DNA of 64,000 bases from Burkholderiales bacterium (GTDB lineage Bacteria; Pseudomonadota; Gammaproteobacteria; Burkholderiales; Burkholderiaceae_B): the NCBI GenBank assembly GCA_021300475.1, contig JAJTDO010000010.1, forward strand, positions 6,533 to 70,532. The letters are read 5' to 3'. The translations under genes were made by a program, and so were the position numbers. The notes beneath the pieces are model-generated. The model ran no database searches, was not told the origin of the DNA, and saw only the letters and a list, made by a program, of their open reading frames with translations. This document shows positions 19,060 through 29,605 of the stretch, piece by piece. Each line of letters starts with the position of its first letter. Within the stretch, counting starts at the first letter, position 1.

Positions 19060-20418
19060 TCAGGCTTCAAACCGCGCTTGCAGCCCGCTTAAAATTTTGG
19101 GATGAATGCCACCGAAGCCGCCATTGCTCATGACCAGAACCGCGTCACCAGGCTGGGCCCATTGCACCACGGACTTCACCAGCAAAGACAAATCATCAGA
19201 GCAGACACACGGTTGGGTCAGTGTTTTTAAGGTGTCTGCCGCATCCCAACCCAAACCCTGCGTGTAGCAGAACACAGCGTCGGCTTGCACCAAGGAGGCC
19301 GGCAAAGCCGCCCGCATGACCCCTAGCTTCATGGTATTGGAGCGGGGTTCAAACACCGCCAGAATTCTTCCCTGCGCGCCCATGCTGCGGCGCAAACCCG
19401 CCACAGTGGTGGTGATGGCAGTGGGATGGTGTGCAAAATCGTCGTAAACCGCGATGTCAGCAACGCGGCCGCGCAACTCCATGCGTCTGGCCACACCTTT
19501 GAATTCACTCAGCGCCTCACAGGCCTGTTCGGGGGTGACGCCGGCGCTCATGGCGGCGGCAATGCAAGCCAGCGCATTGCTGCGGTTGTGTTCACCCGTC
19601 AGGGTCCAGTTCACTTGCCCGACCACTTCCCCATTGAGCAATACATCAAAGCGGTTGCTGTCAATGTCAGCGGCGTAAAAGCCCGCTTCCGTGTTGAACG
19701 GCAAAACGCCGCTCCAGCAGCCTTTTTCCAGAACCTGCGCCAGTGCGGTTTCAGCCGCATTCACCACCACGCAACCCGATGCGGGAATGGTGCGAACCAA
19801 GTGATGAAACTGGGTTTGAATGGCGGCCAGATCAGGAAAAATATCCGCGTGGTCAAATTCCAGGTTGTTCAAAATCGCAGTGCGTGGCCTGTAATGAACG
19901 AATTTTGAGCGTTTGTCGAAAAAGGCGGTGTCATACTCGTCGGCCTCAATGACAAACGGTTCGCCCTCACCCAAACGGGCAGAGCAGCCAAAATCCGCCG
20001 GAACGCCACCCACCAGAAAACCCGGTTTCAGACCGGCAGATTCCAACACCCATGCCAGCATGGACGTGGTGGTGGTTTTGCCGTGGGTACCCGCCACCGC
20101 CAGGGTGTGACGTCCTGCTAAGATGTGGTCACCCACCCATTGCGGGCCGGAAACATAGGGCAACCCCATGTCCAGTATTTTTTCCATGAGCGGGTTGCCG
20201 CGGCTCACCACATTGCCAATCACGAACAAATCGGGCTTCATGGCCACTTGGTCGGCTGAGAAACCCTCGATCAGTTCAATACCCGCCTGCTCCAGTTGGG
20301 TACTCATGGGAGGATAGACATTGGCATCGCAACCCGTGACACGGTGACCCAACTGTCTGGCCAATTGAGCAACGCCACCCATAAAGGTGCCGCAAATGCC
20401 TAAAATATGAATGTGCAT
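19060..20418 (-). CDS. mpl: UDP-N-acetylmuramate:L-alanyl-gamma-D-glutamyl-meso-DAP ligase (murein peptide ligase)
   Basis: MHIHILGICGTFMGGVA, the Mur-ligase P-loop AGTHGKTTTTSM and a length of 452 aa fit Mpl. Confidence 0.92.
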   Translation of the reverse strand: MHIHILGICGTFMGGVAQLARQLGHRVTGCDANVYPPMSTQLEQAGIELIEGFSADQVAMKPDLFVIGNVVSRGNPLMEKILDMGLPYVSGPQWVGDHILAGRHTLAVAGTHGKTTTTSMLAWVLESAGLKPGFLVGGVPADFGCSARLGEGEPFVIEADEYDTAFFDKRSKFVHYRPRTAILNNLEFDHADIFPDLAAIQTQFHHLVRTIPASGCVVVNAAETALAQVLEKGCWSGVLPFNTEAGFYAADIDSNRFDVLLNGEVVGQVNWTLTGEHNRSNALACIAAAMSAGVTPEQACEALSEFKGVARRMELRGRVADIAVYDDFAHHPTAITTTVAGLRRSMGAQGRILAVFEPRSNTMKLGVMRAALPASLVQADAVFCYTQGLGWDAADTLKTLTQPCVCSDDLSLLVKSVVQWAQPGDAVLVMSNGGFGGIHPKILSGLQARFEA

Positions 20419-20491
20419 TGCATAAAGGCCGAAACGGCCTGAAAGATCTTCAATCCGCTATTGTACCGACACCGCCAACCGCTTAGAGAAT

Positions 20492-21106
20492 ATGAATCCA
20501 TTGTTGCCACCATCTGACCCGCTTCGCCAGGAATTGGCCGGCGCAGCTGCACGCCTGATTGCTGAAAATGGCTATGACTACGGCACAGCAAAACAAAAAG
20601 CCGCGCAAGAATTGCTGGGAAAACAAAGGGTTGATAAAAACAGCCTGCCCAGCAACGAAGAAATCGAAGAAGAACTGCGTATTTATCAAGCGCTGTTTCA
20701 ATCGGACACCCAACCGCAGCGCCTGAAGGCCCTGCGCCTGACCTGCCTGGACCTGATGAAGGAACTGCAAGCCTACGAACCCATTGTTTATGGTGGTATT
20801 GTGAACGGCACTGCCGGCGAGCACAGCGACATCCATCTGCTGGCATTTGCAGACGACCCCAAGGAAGTGGATTATTGGTTACTGAACCAGAACATACCGT
20901 TCGAACCAGCAGAGGTTGGGAAAATCAATGGCAAAGCCCCCGACGCCATTCAATTCAAGTACAAGGGCGAATGGGTAAGCTTGGCAACACTGGGTGTGGT
21001 TGCAAGACGAGGCTTGCTGAAACCCGCTGTCGAGGGTCGGCTGTTTCGCACAGACACAGAGGGCCTTGCACGACTGCTGAAGGAAGACAATGAAACTGTT
21101 GAATAA
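20492..21106 (+). CDS. conserved hypothetical protein
   Basis: It is a 204-aa ORF with coding-like composition, divergent from mpl. I recognise no motif. Confidence 0.5.
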   Translation: MNPLLPPSDPLRQELAGAAARLIAENGYDYGTAKQKAAQELLGKQRVDKNSLPSNEEIEEELRIYQALFQSDTQPQRLKALRLTCLDLMKELQAYEPIVYGGIVNGTAGEHSDIHLLAFADDPKEVDYWLLNQNIPFEPAEVGKINGKAPDAIQFKYKGEWVSLATLGVVARRGLLKPAVEGRLFRTDTEGLARLLKEDNETVE

Positions 21107-21635
21107 ACTTTTGCTGGTAGTCATAGGGGGTATCGCCCTGAGCAGTGGTATTTATATGGCTAACCAAAATAAAAATGACCCTGTTCTGACCACTCAGGCC
21201 AAGGGGCCGATGGCCGGGTTCAGCTTCAAAGACATCAAGGGCGGCGATTTCCCGTTAAGCCAATTGGCAGGAAAAACTGTGGTTTTGAATTTTTGGGCTT
21301 CCTGGTGCCCTCCTTGCGTTGAAGAAATGCCGGAACTGGACGCCATTTATCCGGATTTGCAAAAAATAAACATTGAAATGATCGGTATTGGCATCGATTC
21401 ACCCTCTAACATTCGTGAATTTCTTCAAAATCGCAACTTTTCCTATCCATTGCTTGTTGCGGGTGCCGGCGGCTCGGATTTGGCCACGGCGCTAGGTAAT
21501 TCAGGCGGCGCACTGCCATTTACCGTTATTTTAGATGGCAAAGGTGCTGTTCTCTATAAAAAACTGGGGCGGATAACAGGCGAAGAAATCCTGAAAGCGG
21601 CCGCGGATTCACAGCAAAAAATCAAAACCCAGTAA
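21090..21635 (+). CDS. TlpA-family thiol:disulfide oxidoreductase (periplasmic thioredoxin-like)
   Basis: It has a signal/anchor sequence, then VVLNFWASWCPPCVEEMPEL (the CxxC redox motif). Confidence 0.87.
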   Translation: MKLLNKLLLVVIGGIALSSGIYMANQNKNDPVLTTQAKGPMAGFSFKDIKGGDFPLSQLAGKTVVLNFWASWCPPCVEEMPELDAIYPDLQKINIEMIGIGIDSPSNIREFLQNRNFSYPLLVAGAGGSDLATALGNSGGALPFTVILDGKGAVLYKKLGRITGEEILKAAADSQQKIKTQ

Positions 21636-21746
21636 GTCTGACGGACAAGCCTGTGTGGTGGAAAACCGAAAATCGAACGATCGTTCAATGGACACAAGCA
21701 ACATAATTGCCGAAAATAGCAGTAATTACAGTGGATAAAGACGAAG

Positions 21747-22193
21747 ATGAGCGAAGCTCTACCAAAAGTATGGGTAATCAACGGCCCCAACCTGAACTTG
21801 CTGGGTCGGCGCGAACCTCATATTTATGGCCATCAGACGCTTGCAGACATCGAAAAAACGCTGGAGGACCAAGGCACAGCCTTGGGACTGCAAGTGGAAT
21901 GTTTTCAAAGCAACCACGAAGGCGGCTTGATCGATATTCTGCATTCCGCGCCAGGCAAGGCGGTGCGTTTCATTGTTATTAATGCCGGGGCCTACACCCA
22001 CACCAGCATTGCGCTGGCAGACGCCCTGGCAGGTATTGCCCTTCCTTACATAGAGGTGCATTTGTCGAATGTTCACGCCCGCGAGCCTTTTAGACACCAC
22101 TCCTACCTGAGTGCAAAGGCACAGGCGGTTTTGTGTGGCTTCGGCAGCGCCGGATATGGCTATGCACTCGACTTTGTACGCAAATCCATCTGA
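21747..22193 (+). CDS. aroQ: type II 3-dehydroquinate dehydratase
   Basis: [26 protein letters not shown] and [13 protein letters not shown] are present. It sits upstream of accBC, as in many proteobacteria. Confidence 0.95.
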   Translation: MSEALPKVWVINGPNLNLLGRREPHIYGHQTLADIEKTLEDQGTALGLQVECFQSNHEGGLIDILHSAPGKAVRFIVINAGAYTHTSIALADALAGIALPYIEVHLSNVHAREPFRHHSYLSAKAQAVLCGFGSAGYGYALDFVRKSI

Positions 22194-22238
22194 TTTGCAT
22201 CGAATTTGAATACAACAATCAACAAAAGAGAAAAAAAC

Positions 22239-22718
22239 ATGGACCTCAGAAAACTCAAGACCCTCATCGATCTGGTCTCGGAATCCGGCATCGCAGAGCT
22301 GGAAATTACGGAAGGTGAAGGCAAAGTCCGCATTGTCAATGCACATCCGCATCCAGCGCAAACTGTGCAATACGGCCACGCCCAATACGCACCAGCGCCT
22401 ATGCAGCAACAACCTCAGGGCGGCTTTGTCGCCCAGCCCGGCGCACCCATGGAAGCCGCAGAGGCGCCCAAGCCAGGCAGCGAACTGCACAAAGTGAAGT
22501 CTCCCATGGTGGGTACGTTTTACCGCGCCCCCAGCCCGGGCGCCAGCAACTTCGTAGAAGTGGGCAGCACCGTCAAGGAAGGCGACACACTCTGCATTAT
22601 TGAAGCCATGAAATTGCTCAATGAAATCGAAGCAGACCGTTCGGGCGTCATCAGAGAAATTCTGCTGGATAACGGCCAGCCCGTAGAATACGGGCAACCC
22701 CTCTTTGCGATCGAGTAA
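22239..22718 (+). CDS. accB: acetyl-CoA carboxylase biotin carboxyl carrier protein
   Basis: [13 protein letters not shown] opens the protein, followed by a Pro/Ala linker and the biotinyl-lysine motif [15 protein letters not shown]. The start is trimmed to ATG 22239. Confidence 0.95.
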   Translation: MDLRKLKTLIDLVSESGIAELEITEGEGKVRIVNAHPHPAQTVQYGHAQYAPAPMQQQPQGGFVAQPGAPMEAAEAPKPGSELHKVKSPMVGTFYRAPSPGASNFVEVGSTVKEGDTLCIIEAMKLLNEIEADRSGVIREILLDNGQPVEYGQPLFAIE

Positions 22719-22723
22719 ACGCC

Positions 22724-24082
22724 ATGATCGGGAAAATCCTTATCGCCAACAGAGGCGAGATCGCTTTGCGCATATTGCGCGCCTGCAAGGCCATGGGCAT
22801 CAAAACCGTTGCCGTTCACTCGGATGCAGACACCGAGGCGAAGTATGTCCGGTTGGCTGACGAATCCGTTTGTATCGGACCGGCACCCAGCGCACAAAGT
22901 TACCTGAACATACCCGCCATCATCAGTGCGGCTGAAGTCACTGACGCCGAAGCCATCCACCCGGGCTACGGTTTTTTGTCAGAAAATGCGGATTTCGCAG
23001 AGCGTGTGGAACGCAGCGGTTTTATTTTCATTGGCCCGCGCGCTGAATCCATCCGCATGATGGGCGACAAAGGCAGCGCCAAGCAGTCAATGATTGCAGC
23101 CGGCGTGCCGTGCGTGCCCGGCTCTGAAGGTGAACTGCCAGACGACCCAAAGGAAATTATCCGCATCGCCAGAGCGGTCGGCTATCCGGTGATCATCAAG
23201 GCCACCGGTGGCGGTGGCGGGCGCGGCATGCGCGTTGTACACACCGAAGCCGCCCTGTTGAATGCTGTCAGCATGACAAAAACCGAAGCGAAAACCGCGT
23301 TCGGCAATCCAGCCGTCTACCTTGAAAAGTTTCTGGAAAACCCCAGACACATTGAAATTCAAGTGTTGGCCGATGAACACAGGAACGCGGTTTGGCTGGG
23401 TGAGCGAGACTGTTCCATGCAACGGCGACATCAAAAAATTATCGAGGAGGCGCCGGCACCGGGCATTGCACGCCGCTTCATTGAGCGCATTGGTGACCGC
23501 TGCGCAGACGCCTGCCGTAAAATTGGTTACCGCGGTGCAGGCACCTTTGAATTCCTTTATGAAAACGGCGAGTTCTATTTCATTGAAATGAACACGCGGG
23601 TACAGGTGGAGCATCCGGTCACGGAAATCATTACTGGTATCGACATTGTTCAGGAACAGATCCGCGTAGCCTCGGGCGAGCGCCTGCGGTTCCGGCAACG
23701 CGACATTGAATTCAAGGGTCACGCCATTGAATGCCGGATCAACGCCGAAGACCCGTTCAAGTTCACACCGTCCCCTGGCAGAATCAACAGTTGGCACCCA
23801 CCCGGCGGGCCGGGTGTGCGCGTCGATTCCCATGTTTACTCAGGTTACACCGTGCCTTCGCATTACGACTCCATGATTGGTAAACTGATCACGTATGGAG
23901 CAGATCGCCAGCAAGCCATGGCCCGCATGCGCGTGGCCTTGTCTGAACTGGTGATTGAAGGCATCAAAACCAATGCCCCCCTGCACCAAGAACTGATGGA
24001 CGACCTGCGGTTTATCGAAGGTGGCACCAGCATTCATTATCTGGAGCAGCGGCTGGCCGCAAAACAAGGCGACAAGAAGTGA
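22724..24082 (+). CDS. accC: acetyl-CoA carboxylase biotin carboxylase subunit
   Basis: The 452-aa product has [28 protein letters not shown] and [14 protein letters not shown]. Confidence 0.97.
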   Translation: MIGKILIANRGEIALRILRACKAMGIKTVAVHSDADTEAKYVRLADESVCIGPAPSAQSYLNIPAIISAAEVTDAEAIHPGYGFLSENADFAERVERSGFIFIGPRAESIRMMGDKGSAKQSMIAAGVPCVPGSEGELPDDPKEIIRIARAVGYPVIIKATGGGGGRGMRVVHTEAALLNAVSMTKTEAKTAFGNPAVYLEKFLENPRHIEIQVLADEHRNAVWLGERDCSMQRRHQKIIEEAPAPGIARRFIERIGDRCADACRKIGYRGAGTFEFLYENGEFYFIEMNTRVQVEHPVTEIITGIDIVQEQIRVASGERLRFRQRDIEFKGHAIECRINAEDPFKFTPSPGRINSWHPPGGPGVRVDSHVYSGYTVPSHYDSMIGKLITYGADRQQAMARMRVALSELVIEGIKTNAPLHQELMDDLRFIEGGTSIHYLEQRLAAKQGDKK

Positions 24083-25005
24083 CGCAAAACACGGGAAACA
24101 GCACAAGGCACTGGGCGCAAGCCACCCTGCTGCTGCCTGAAAAATACGCAGAAGCAGTTTCTGACGCACTCATGGAGGCCGGCGCACTGTCGGTTTCCAT
24201 TGAAGATGCTAAGGCCGACTGTGAAGACGAGCAGCCCTTGTTTGGCGAACCCGGCATGGAACCCACCACCACGGCTTGGCAACAGAACAAAGTGCTGGCG
24301 CTGTTTGCAAATCAAGCCGACGGTGAAGCTCTGTTGAGCGAACTTGCTGAAGAATGGCTGCAAAATGCCGCCATTTCCTGGGAGGACGTGGCTGAACAAG
24401 ACTGGGTCCGCCTGACGCAATCCCAGTTCGACCCCATTGAAATCACCCCGAAACTTTGGATAGTTCCCTCCTGGCACGCACCCTCTGCGGGTGCAGATGT
24501 GGTGAATATCCGGCTTGATCCCGGTCTTGCATTTGGTACCGGATCGCACCCCACCACAAAACTGTGTTTACGGTGGTTGTCGCAAGGTCTGGCCAAGGGC
24601 AAAGCCGTGCTCGATTACGGCTGTGGCTCCGGCATTCTTGCCATTGCCGCCATGAAACTGGGGGCCGCCAGCGCCATTGGCGTAGACATCGACCCGCAAG
24701 CTGTGGAATCAGCCGCAGCCAACGCCTCAGAAAACGAAGTGTCAGTGACCACCGGAATGCCGGACCACCCGAATGCCAAAGGCAGCTTCCCCGTGGTGGT
24801 TGCCAACATTCTCTCCAACCCCTTGAAGGTGCTTGCACCCACCCTGTGCGCCCACGTTGCCCCCGGCGGCTGGTTGGTGTTGTCGGGCGTGCTTGAGCGG
24901 CAGGCAGAGGAAGTGGCGGCCGCCTACACGCCCTGGATCACAATGAGCGTCTGGCAAACAGACGAAGGCTGGGTGTGCCTGACGGGTCAAAAAACAAACC
25001 CATGA
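24079..25005 (+). CDS. prmA: ribosomal protein L11 methyltransferase
   Basis: It has the SAM motif [15 protein letters not shown] and the segment [15 protein letters not shown]. The GTG start overlaps the accC stop. Confidence 0.92.
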   Translation: MTQNTGNSTRHWAQATLLLPEKYAEAVSDALMEAGALSVSIEDAKADCEDEQPLFGEPGMEPTTTAWQQNKVLALFANQADGEALLSELAEEWLQNAAISWEDVAEQDWVRLTQSQFDPIEITPKLWIVPSWHAPSAGADVVNIRLDPGLAFGTGSHPTTKLCLRWLSQGLAKGKAVLDYGCGSGILAIAAMKLGAASAIGVDIDPQAVESAAANASENEVSVTTGMPDHPNAKGSFPVVVANILSNPLKVLAPTLCAHVAPGGWLVLSGVLERQAEEVAAAYTPWITMSVWQTDEGWVCLTGQKTNP

Positions 25006-25799
25006 GCCTCGCAACCCGCTGCCCTGACTGTAAAACGCTGTGCCCCACCACTGCCCTGCAATTGCGGGAACAAGGTGGCCACCTGACCTGCGGTCACTGC
25101 GGGAGCATGTTCAGTGGCGTAGACCACCTCACCCCTGCAGATGAAGACAGTTGGAGCGCAGACGCCGGGCAAGCGGAAACCACGTCCGATGACCATGCGG
25201 TCTCCGACTCAAAGGCAGCGGTCTATCAACGCTGGCTGGCAAAAATCAATCGCAAACTCACATTGCCAACCTGGCTGATGAAGCGGCTTGAGGGCGAATA
25301 CAAGTGGCCGCGCTTTGCCAAGCGCTGGGTGCTGCTGCTGTCTGCTTTGCTGCTGTGGCAATGTATTTGGTGGCAACGGGTGAATCTCACCCATTTGCTG
25401 CCTGTGCTGGACACTCCGTTAAACGCGCTGAGTGAAACGCTGGGCACACAAGTCGCCGGGCTGGCATCCAGCCGCCTTAAAATTCTTGGCTCAAGCCTGA
25501 AGTCGCAGGACAACCAAAAATTGACACTGGAAGTGCGCATCAGCAACAGCGCCAGAAGCGCCAGCCGCTGGCCGCAAATCGAACTGCAATTGCTCAACAG
25601 CAAGAAAGGCGTGGTCAGCGCACGTGTACTGAGCATTGATGAATATGCCGTGGTCACCGAAACCCCACTGGAAGGTAGAATCAGGGCTGGCGAGGCTTTT
25701 GATTTGATTGCTTACCTGGACACCACCGAATTGAACAAAGAAAAGCTGGAGTTACCGATCACCGGTTTCAAAGTCAGCCTGATTGATAAAGCTCACTGA
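25002..25799 (+). CDS. zinc-ribbon / DUF3426-like membrane protein
   Basis: It has an N-terminal CPDC..(n)..CGHC zinc ribbon and one TM helix (WVLLLSALLLWQCIWW). It follows prmA with an ATGA overlap. Confidence 0.65.
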   Translation: MSLATRCPDCKTLCPTTALQLREQGGHLTCGHCGSMFSGVDHLTPADEDSWSADAGQAETTSDDHAVSDSKAAVYQRWLAKINRKLTLPTWLMKRLEGEYKWPRFAKRWVLLLSALLLWQCIWWQRVNLTHLLPVLDTPLNALSETLGTQVAGLASSRLKILGSSLKSQDNQKLTLEVRISNSARSASRWPQIELQLLNSKKGVVSARVLSIDEYAVVTETPLEGRIRAGEAFDLIAYLDTTELNKEKLELPITGFKVSLIDKAH

Positions 25800-25872
25800 G
25801 CTTGAAGCACACCAAGACAGCGCAAAAAACGCCCTGCCCCAACCCACACAACACCACCCTGGATAGTCCGAC

Positions 25873-26817
25873 ATGTCTGATAAAAACATACTGATTTGTG
25901 GCTCGATCGCCTACGATTCCATCATGCTGTTCGAAGGCCGTTTTAAAGAACAGATACTGCCCGATCAGCTGCACATTCTGAATGTCGCTTTTTTTGTGCC
26001 TACGCTGCGCAAACAATGGGGTGGCTGTGCGGGCAACATCGCCTACGGACTGAAACTGCTCGGCGGTAACCCCGTTCCCATGGCTACCATCGGGCAAGAC
26101 GGCGCAGACTATGTAAAACGCTTTGCTGACATGGGTATTCAAACCCGCTGCATCACCACGCTGGACGACAGCTACACGGCCCAGGCCTACATCACCACCG
26201 ACCTTGACGACAACCAGATCACCGCGTTTCACCCGGGCGCCATGATGCAGTCGCATCACAATAAAATTGCCCACGCTGAAAACATCAGCTTGGGCATTGT
26301 TGCACCGGATGGCCGCGATGGCATGCTGGAACATGCCCGCGATCTGGCCGCCGCCAACATCCCCTTTGTATTCGACCCGGGCCAGGGGTTGCCCATGTTT
26401 TCCGGTACGGAATTGCTGAAGTTTGTAGATCAGTCCACTTACACAGCAGTCAATGACTATGAAGCAAAAATGCTGACCGACCGCACGGAACTATCACTGG
26501 AACAGCTTGCCCAACGTGTAGAAGCGCTGATTGTGACGCGAGGCGCAGAAGGTGCATGGATTTTCCATCAAGGTCAACGCATTGAAGTTGCGTGCGTTAA
26601 ACCGAAGTCGATCACAGACCCCACAGGTTGCGGCGACGCCTTCAGGGCCGGCTTGCTGTACGGTTTGGGTGCTGGCATGGATTGGCCCACCATAGGCAAA
26701 CTGGCTTCAACCATGGGAGGCCTGAAAATCGCTCACCGGGGCGGCCAGGAGTACGCACCGAGTCGCAACGAGATTGCAGCAACATTCAAAGAAAATTTTG
26801 GCTACACCCCATGGTGA
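25873..26817 (+). CDS. PfkB-family carbohydrate/nucleoside kinase
   Basis: The 314-aa product has GGCAGNIAYGL (the GG motif) and DPTGCGDAFRAGLLYG (the PfkB signature 2 region). Confidence 0.85.
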   Translation: MSDKNILICGSIAYDSIMLFEGRFKEQILPDQLHILNVAFFVPTLRKQWGGCAGNIAYGLKLLGGNPVPMATIGQDGADYVKRFADMGIQTRCITTLDDSYTAQAYITTDLDDNQITAFHPGAMMQSHHNKIAHAENISLGIVAPDGRDGMLEHARDLAAANIPFVFDPGQGLPMFSGTELLKFVDQSTYTAVNDYEAKMLTDRTELSLEQLAQRVEALIVTRGAEGAWIFHQGQRIEVACVKPKSITDPTGCGDAFRAGLLYGLGAGMDWPTIGKLASTMGGLKIAHRGGQEYAPSRNEIAATFKENFGYTPW

Positions 26818-26839
26818 GCCACCTCGGATTGGAGAAAAA

Positions 26840-27301
26840 ATGAGCATCAAACGTGTTTTACTTTGCACTGCCTTGGCAGGAATCGGCTTCCTCGGTGCCT
26901 GCGCAAGCCCGAACACTTCTGGCGTGGTTTACAACGCCAGCGAAGCCAAGCGGGAACAAATTGTTCGCATGGGTGTGGTTGAAAGCATCCGTGAAGTTTC
27001 AATACAACGTGAAGCATCACCCGTTGGTGCGCTTGCAGGCGGCGTGGTGGGCGGCATTGCCGGTTCAAGTGTTGGCAAGGGCAAAGGGTCTGACATTGCT
27101 GCGGTGCTGGGCGCAGTCGCAGGCGGCTTGGCTGGCAGCGCGCTCGAAGGCTCCGCGGGCCTGAAGAAAGGTTATGAAATTACCGTACGTCTGGAAAGCG
27201 GAGAGTTGCGGGCCTTTGTACAAGAAGCCGACGAAGTCTTCAAACCCGGTGAGCGTGTACGTTTGGTCAGCACAGGCGGTGTGGTGCGCGTAACGCACTA
27301 A
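26840..27301 (+). CDS. outer-membrane lipoprotein with glycine-zipper domain (SlyB-like)
   Basis: It has the lipobox LGAC and the glycine zipper GALAGGVVGGIAGSSVGKGKGSDIAAVLGAVAGGLAGSA. GGAGA lies upstream of ATG 26840. Confidence 0.78.
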   Translation: MSIKRVLLCTALAGIGFLGACASPNTSGVVYNASEAKREQIVRMGVVESIREVSIQREASPVGALAGGVVGGIAGSSVGKGKGSDIAAVLGAVAGGLAGSALEGSAGLKKGYEITVRLESGELRAFVQEADEVFKPGERVRLVSTGGVVRVTH

Positions 27302-27370
27302 AAAGCCACCGAGCACACGGAAACAACAATGAGCGCTTGCGGCCTTCGCTGCACAGCGCTCTTGCTGCGA

Positions 27371-27955
27371 TTAAAGCAGAAAACTGAAACTTAACTGCTG
27401 CACGACAATCATTAAAACTTGCAGCAGCAAAAACAACACCATGGGTGATAAATCCACATTGCCCAAGGTAGGCAAAACGCGGCGCAGCGGATCCAGAAAC
27501 GGGCGACTCAGGTCATCCAGCACCGACGCGATGGGCGAATGCGGATTCACCCAACTCAATATCACCTGCAACATCACAATGCCCATCAGTAAATAAACCG
27601 CCGACTTGAGCAGCCACACCAGTGCCGCTGGTATTCCGAATGAAATAACCACTCTGGCCAGACTCATGCTGGAACTAAGCTCTCCCATGGTAGCCCAGCG
27701 CACCAGCAACAAGAGCATATTCAATGCAGCCGCCACCAACAGCGCCGCCAGCAGCGAGGCCCAGTCCAATCCGCCGAAACCAGGCACAATCCTGCGCAAA
27801 GGGCGAACCGCCCAGTCTGTGACAGAAAACACAAAGGGCGCCAAGGGGTTGCGGGGATGCAAGCGCACCCACTGCATCAACGCTCGCAGCAACAGCGCAA
27901 ACACCACAACACCTGCAGCAGACTCAATGAGCAAACGGAAAATTTCAAACAACAT
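27371..27955 (-). CDS. yggT: YggT-family membrane protein
   Basis: The 194-aa product has two YGGT-type repeats (PLRRIVPGFGGLDWASLLA and PLRRVLPTLGNVDLSPMVLF). Confidence 0.85.
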   Translation of the reverse strand: MLFEIFRLLIESAAGVVVFALLLRALMQWVRLHPRNPLAPFVFSVTDWAVRPLRRIVPGFGGLDWASLLAALLVAAALNMLLLLVRWATMGELSSSMSLARVVISFGIPAALVWLLKSAVYLLMGIVMLQVILSWVNPHSPIASVLDDLSRPFLDPLRRVLPTLGNVDLSPMVLFLLLQVLMIVVQQLSFSFLL

Positions 27956-28013
27956 GGCAATGACTCAACTGGAAACCGTAACATTGTTGCACAGCTTATA
28001 ACTCGGAAAAATC

Positions 28014-28056
28014 AAAACCCCGCTACGACCTTGAAAAACAGATGGCGACGGGGTTT
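28014..28056 (-). terminator. possible terminator after the histone-like gene
   Basis: On the minus strand, aaaccccg..cggggttt arms are followed by tgattttt. The loop is long (about 20 nt), so support is only moderate. Confidence 0.35.
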
Positions 28057-28130
28057 AGGGGGCTTAAATTTTTTGACTCAATCTGTGTACGGCATGAAAC
28101 TTGAACCGGCCTCAGGTGAGTTTCAAAAAA

Positions 28131-28790
28131 TTATGGGCGAGTACCCATGGGGAAAGGCCAGGTCGGTGTTTCAGTCATGCCCAGTTTTTTGACTTTGGCT
28201 GGTTTTTCAACCTTGGCTTCCTTTTCAACTTTTTTCGCCGCTTTCGCAGGCTTGGCTTCAATAACTTTCGCTGCCTTCGGAGTTGCCTTGACGACCTTCA
28301 CAGTTTTGGCGACCACAACTTTCTCCGCTTTTGGAGCAGCTTTTGGCAAGGCCTTTGAAGTTGCCTTCACTGCCGCTTTCGCAGGCTTGGCTGCAACAAC
28401 TTTCGCTGCCTTCGGAGCTGCCTTGGCGGCCTTCACAGGTTTGGCGGCAACGACTTTTTCTGCTTTAGCAGCAGCTTTCGGTGCTGTTTTTGGTGAGGCT
28501 TTTGGAGCGGCCTTCACTGCGGCTTTCACAGGTTTGACTGCAACCACTTTCGCTGGCTTCGGAGCTGCCTTGGCTGCCTTCACAGGTTTAGCGGCAACAA
28601 CTCTTTCTGCTTTAGCAGTTGCTTTCGGTGCTGTTTTTGGTGTGGCCTTTGGAGCAGCTTTTGGAGCGGCCTTAACTGCAGCTTTCACAGGCTTGGCTGC
28701 AACTACTTTTGCTGCTGCCTTGGGTGCTGCCTTCTCGGGTTTTGATACTTTTGCAACCGAGACCTTCTTGACTTCTTTTTGCTTGACCAT
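28131..28790 (-). CDS. histone H1-like, Ala/Lys/Pro-repeat nucleoid-associated protein
   Basis: The 219-aa product consists almost entirely of AAKPVKAAVKAAPKA-type repeats arranged in about three longer units of about 45 aa. It has a short non-repetitive C-terminus (KLGMTETPTWPFPMGTRP). It is comparable to BpH1/AlgP-type proteins. Confidence 0.75.
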   Translation of the reverse strand: MVKQKEVKKVSVAKVSKPEKAAPKAAAKVVAAKPVKAAVKAAPKAAPKATPKTAPKATAKAERVVAAKPVKAAKAAPKPAKVVAVKPVKAAVKAAPKASPKTAPKAAAKAEKVVAAKPVKAAKAAPKAAKVVAAKPAKAAVKATSKALPKAAPKAEKVVVAKTVKVVKATPKAAKVIEAKPAKAAKKVEKEAKVEKPAKVKKLGMTETPTWPFPMGTRP

Positions 28791-29033
28791 TCAGGTCTCC
28801 TTTTGTGTTGCCAACTGGTTTCAGGAGATCAAACCCCTGCACCCTTCATTAAGTTTCCGCATTCTAACGCCATGCAAAGCAAAGCTCAACGCACAAGCGT
28901 TACCCCCCCTGAAAGAGTGTAGCTTAAGCACAATGGGTGGGCAATTTGCGAGCCTTCAGGCGCGCTGAGAAACAGAAAGAACAAGAGCCTTGGGAAATAC
29001 TCTGAACATCGGACAGATCAAAAGGAAAGTGGA

Positions 29034-29294
29034 ATGAACATTAGAATCAGGTTGCTCATCACAAGTCTCATACTCACCTTGGGTGTTGTAAACACAAGTC
29101 AGGCTCAATCAACAACAGCCCCCTCAAAGTCAGAAGAAGAAAAAGAGCTTAAGCAGAACGCAACCAAAAAACCATCGCCTCACAGCCACGTTCAGGAGAA
29201 AACCGGGATTCCACAAACCGCGCCCAAAGAATTGTCTGCAGAGGAAAAAGCCAAAAACAAAAAACTGCACAGTCATCAGAGAGACGCAAAATAA
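29034..29294 (+). CDS. small secreted Lys/Glu-rich hypothetical protein
   Basis: The 86-aa product has a signal peptide (MNIRIRLLITSLILTLGVVNTSQAQS) followed by a low-complexity charged region. AGGAAAG lies upstream of the ATG. Confidence 0.5.
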   Translation: MNIRIRLLITSLILTLGVVNTSQAQSTTAPSKSEEEKELKQNATKKPSPHSHVQEKTGIPQTAPKELSAEEKAKNKKLHSHQRDAK

Positions 29295-29310
29295 AGCGTA
29301 ACAGCAGAGA

Positions 29311-29556
29311 ATGGGAGTCGGAATGGAAAAGATTTTTGTAGACGTTGCAGATCTTTTTGAATTACTGGGGCTGCCCTCTGATGAAAAAGGTATTGCGGCT
29401 TTTGTTACGAAACACGCTCCGCTGAGCAATGCCGTTCGAATTGAGGATGCGCCGTTTTGGTCGAAAGCACAGGCCACCCTGTTAAAAGACGGATTGTTGG
29501 AAGATGGATATCTGGCAAGCGCTGTGGATCAACTCAATGCATTAATGCGGCTGTGA
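29311..29556 (+). CDS. DUF2789-family small protein
   Basis: In the 81-aa product, DLFELLGLPSDEKGIAAFVTKHAPLSNAVRIEDAPFWSKAQATLL matches the pattern I recall for DUF2789. Confidence 0.7.
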   Translation: MGVGMEKIFVDVADLFELLGLPSDEKGIAAFVTKHAPLSNAVRIEDAPFWSKAQATLLKDGLLEDGYLASAVDQLNALMRL

Positions 29557-29562
29557 TTGCAT

Positions 29563-29605
29563 AAAAAAATGCCCCGATGCTTGGATAAACATCAGGGCGT
29601 TTTTT
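29563..29605. terminator. bidirectional Rho-independent terminator between DUF2789 gene and nrdB
   Basis: The sequence is aaaaaaat-gccccgatg-cttggataaa-catcagggc-gtttttt. The 9-bp stem has one mismatch, with an A-run upstream and a T-run downstream. Confidence 0.8.

Noticed and set aside
21759-22697. A 312-aa minus-strand ORF spans aroQ and accB.
   Set aside because: It is antisense to two strongly identified genes and crosses their intergenic gap. It has no recognisable domain.
28147-28968. A 273-aa plus-strand ORF rich in F/A/G/T repeats lies here.
   Set aside because: It is the mirror image of the Ala/Lys repeat gene, whose GCN/AAR codons read backwards. The minus-strand product has the coherent histone-like architecture, a plausible start and a downstream hairpin.
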